From the NCBI GenBank assembly GCA_000175855.1, contig ACYB01000015.1, forward strand, positions 134 through 12,258: a stretch of DNA of 12,125 bases, given 5' to 3'. Origin of the DNA: Raphidiopsis brookii D9 (GTDB taxonomy: Bacteria; Cyanobacteriota; Cyanobacteriia; Cyanobacteriales; Nostocaceae). Shown here in pieces: positions 10,508 through 12,125 of this stretch. The notes beneath the pieces were generated by a model. The model did no database searches. It saw only the letters and a list, made by a program, of their open reading frames with translations, and was not told the origin of the DNA. Positions within the stretch are counted from its first letter, which is position 1. The number at the start of each line of letters is the position of its first letter. Position numbers and translations under genes: made by a program.

Positions 10508-10541
10508 ATAACTTCGTATAGCATACATTATACGAAGTTAT
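10508..10541 (+). other. loxP site
   Basis: Exact 34-bp ATAACTTCGTATAGCATACATTATACGAAGTTAT. Confidence 0.99.
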
Positions 10542-10548
10542 ATTCGAT

Positions 10549-10556
10549 GCGGCCGC
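10549..10556. other. NotI site (right)
   Basis: GCGGCCGC. Confidence 0.95.
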
Positions 10557-10613
10557 AAGGGGTTCGCGTCAGCGGGTGTTGGCGGGTGTCGGGGCTGGCT
10601 TAACTATGCGGCA

Positions 10614-11062
<449 letters not shown>

Positions 11063-11172
11063 TATTGGACTAGTGATTTAAATCTCATCTGGGTTGATGT
11101 CAAGAGAGAGTAAGTAAGCAGCTAATGTTTCCTTTGTATTATAATTTTGAGCTGGGAAGTAGGGAACAGGAC

Positions 11173-11213
11173 GGGCGATCGCGCGTAGGGAGTACTATGC
11201 GATCGCCCTTTTT
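11173..11213 (+). terminator. HIP1-containing terminator-like hairpin
   Basis: Perfect 10-bp inverted repeat GGGCGATCGC (11173-11182) / GCGATCGCCC (11199-11208) with a 16-nt loop, then TTTTT. Confidence 0.55.
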
Positions 11214-11223
11214 AAAAACTCAC
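11199..11223 (+). repeat. Dispersed repeat copy 1
   Basis: GCGATCGCCCTTTTTAAAAACTCAC, identical to 11789-11813. Confidence 0.85.
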
Positions 11224-11327
11224 TCCTCAAGAATCACTGCTGCAATAGTTCAGCCATGGATGTGGGCATGGCGATCGCATCTTTATCATCCTTAGATTTT
11301 TCAGGTTTTTAAAAACCTTAGGGAAGG

Positions 11328-11439
11328 TTTTTGATTCAATTAATGTCCCCAGCGAGTGGGAACGCGTCCACCCCAATGTTCACCTTTGTAGAGGTTGAAG
11401 AAAGTTTCCATTCAATTAATGTCCCCAGCGAGTGGGAAC
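11328..11439 (-). CRISPR. Two-repeat, one-spacer CRISPR mini-array, no cas genes in window
   Basis: Consensus repeat 11404-11439 in minus orientation: GTTCCCACTCGCTGGGGACATTAATTGAATGGAAAC (36 nt). Degenerate copy 11328-11363 matches 33/36, all mismatches within its last six bases. 40-nt spacer 11364-11403 GCGTCCACCCCAATGTTCACCTTTGTAGAGGTTGAAGAAA (+ strand). Resembles cyanobacterial repeats ending in GGAAAC. Confidence 0.72.
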
Positions 11440-11656
11440 TTAACACAGCTACTATTGCCCTATTTTAACACGAAATTTATGGAATTGCAATAAAAATCCA
11501 GCCCTAAATGAAATTCAATTCCATAACCAATCAATATTATAACTCCCGGTTCGCCCATTTTTGCGAGAGTTTTTTCTTTCCTCCCTAGCATTTACCCCAT
11601 CCATTATAATATAAGCAGCTTCAACTTCTCATAAACTAAACAAAAAGCATCTGGCT

Positions 11657-11671
11657 CCCCTTTTTAAGGGG
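11657..11671. repeat. Short cyanobacterial-style palindromic element CCCCTTTTTAAGGGG
   Basis: Stem CCCCTT / AAGGGG with TTT loop inside GGCTCCCCTTTTTAAGGGGGTTGAGGGGATCC. Confidence 0.5.
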
Positions 11672-11788
11672 GTTGAGGGGATCCAAAGAGCTTAAACCTT
11701 ATTATGGGTGTATTTATTTAAAACCTCCAGAACAAGGGAAGAGCATTTACCAAGCACTCGCAGCGCGTTTACGAAGTACTCGCTACGC

Positions 11789-11813
11789 GCGATCGCCCTT
11801 TTTAAAAACTCAC
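11789..11813 (+). repeat. Dispersed repeat copy 2
   Basis: GCGATCGCCCTTTTTAAAAACTCAC, identical to 11199-11223. Confidence 0.85.
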
Positions 11814-11898
11814 GCCTACGCTCCCATAGCCGGAAACCCCTACCACATATAGCAAAATCCCTAATTGGCAAATTTATTAAAAATTTTGTAAAAAACTC

Positions 11899-11927
11899 TT
11901 TACAAATCTAAATATTTGTCTTAATAT
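11899..11927 (+). promoter_or_regulatory. Predicted psbA promoter
   Basis: TTTACA (11899-11904), 17-bp spacer, TAATAT (11922-11927), about 68 nt before the ATG. Confidence 0.6.
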
Positions 11928-11995
11928 AAGTTCATAGGGTAAAAACACCTACCTAAACATACATAAATCTCCGGTTAAACCGCATTTATAAAACC

Positions 11996-12125
11996 ATGAC
12001 CACTGCCATTCAACAGCGCCAAAGCGCTAACCTGTGGGATCGCTTCTGCGAATTCATCACCAGCACCAACAACCGCCTCTATATTGGCTGGTTTGGTGTA
12101 TTAATGATCCCCACCCTACTCGCAG
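11996..12125 (+). CDS. psbA: Photosystem II D1 protein, N-terminal part (continues beyond window)
   Basis: [43 protein letters not shown], characteristic cyanobacterial D1 N-terminus. Missed by the ORF track because it runs off the end. Confidence 0.96.
   Translation, partial: MTTAIQQRQSANLWDRFCEFITSTNNRLYIGWFGVLMIPTLLA

Noticed and set aside
11708-11911. 67-aa ORF upstream of psbA
   Set aside because: It runs through the interspersed HIP1 repeat and into the psbA promoter (FTKYSLRAIA arises from the repeat), so it is most likely non-coding.

Overview
About two thirds of this window is a cloning vector, not natural genome. Positions 2746-10909 read as a complete fosmid backbone of the pCC1FOS type: split lacZ-alpha, cat, redF fragment, RK2 oriV iterons, F ori2/repE/incC, sopA-sopB-sopC, lambda cos, loxP, paired NotI sites and a T7 promoter. 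It is bounded on both sides by halves of the CACGTG (Eco72I/PmlI) blunt cloning site between BamHI sites (...GGATCCCAC | insert | GTGGGATCC...). The environmental inserts are 1-2745 and 10910-12125. The left insert looks alphaproteobacterial: a TonB-dependent receptor C-terminus, a RecF/OLD-like AAA ATPase, a small membrane protein, and a gene tail overlapping it. The right insert is clearly cyanobacterial: HIP1 GCGATCGC motifs, the psbA 5' end with a promoter, and a two-repeat CRISPR mini-array. The two inserts disagree taxonomically, so the window is probably a chimeric clone or a misassembly through the shared vector. The sopA region carries a dense cluster of single-base insertions that frameshift it, which looks like sequence error. 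I see no convincing new multi-gene system. The best biological leads are the orphan mini-CRISPR upstream of psbA, a duplicated HIP1-bearing hairpin element, and a truncated protein tail with 9-residue repeats. Family and vector identifications come from recall, with no database search.
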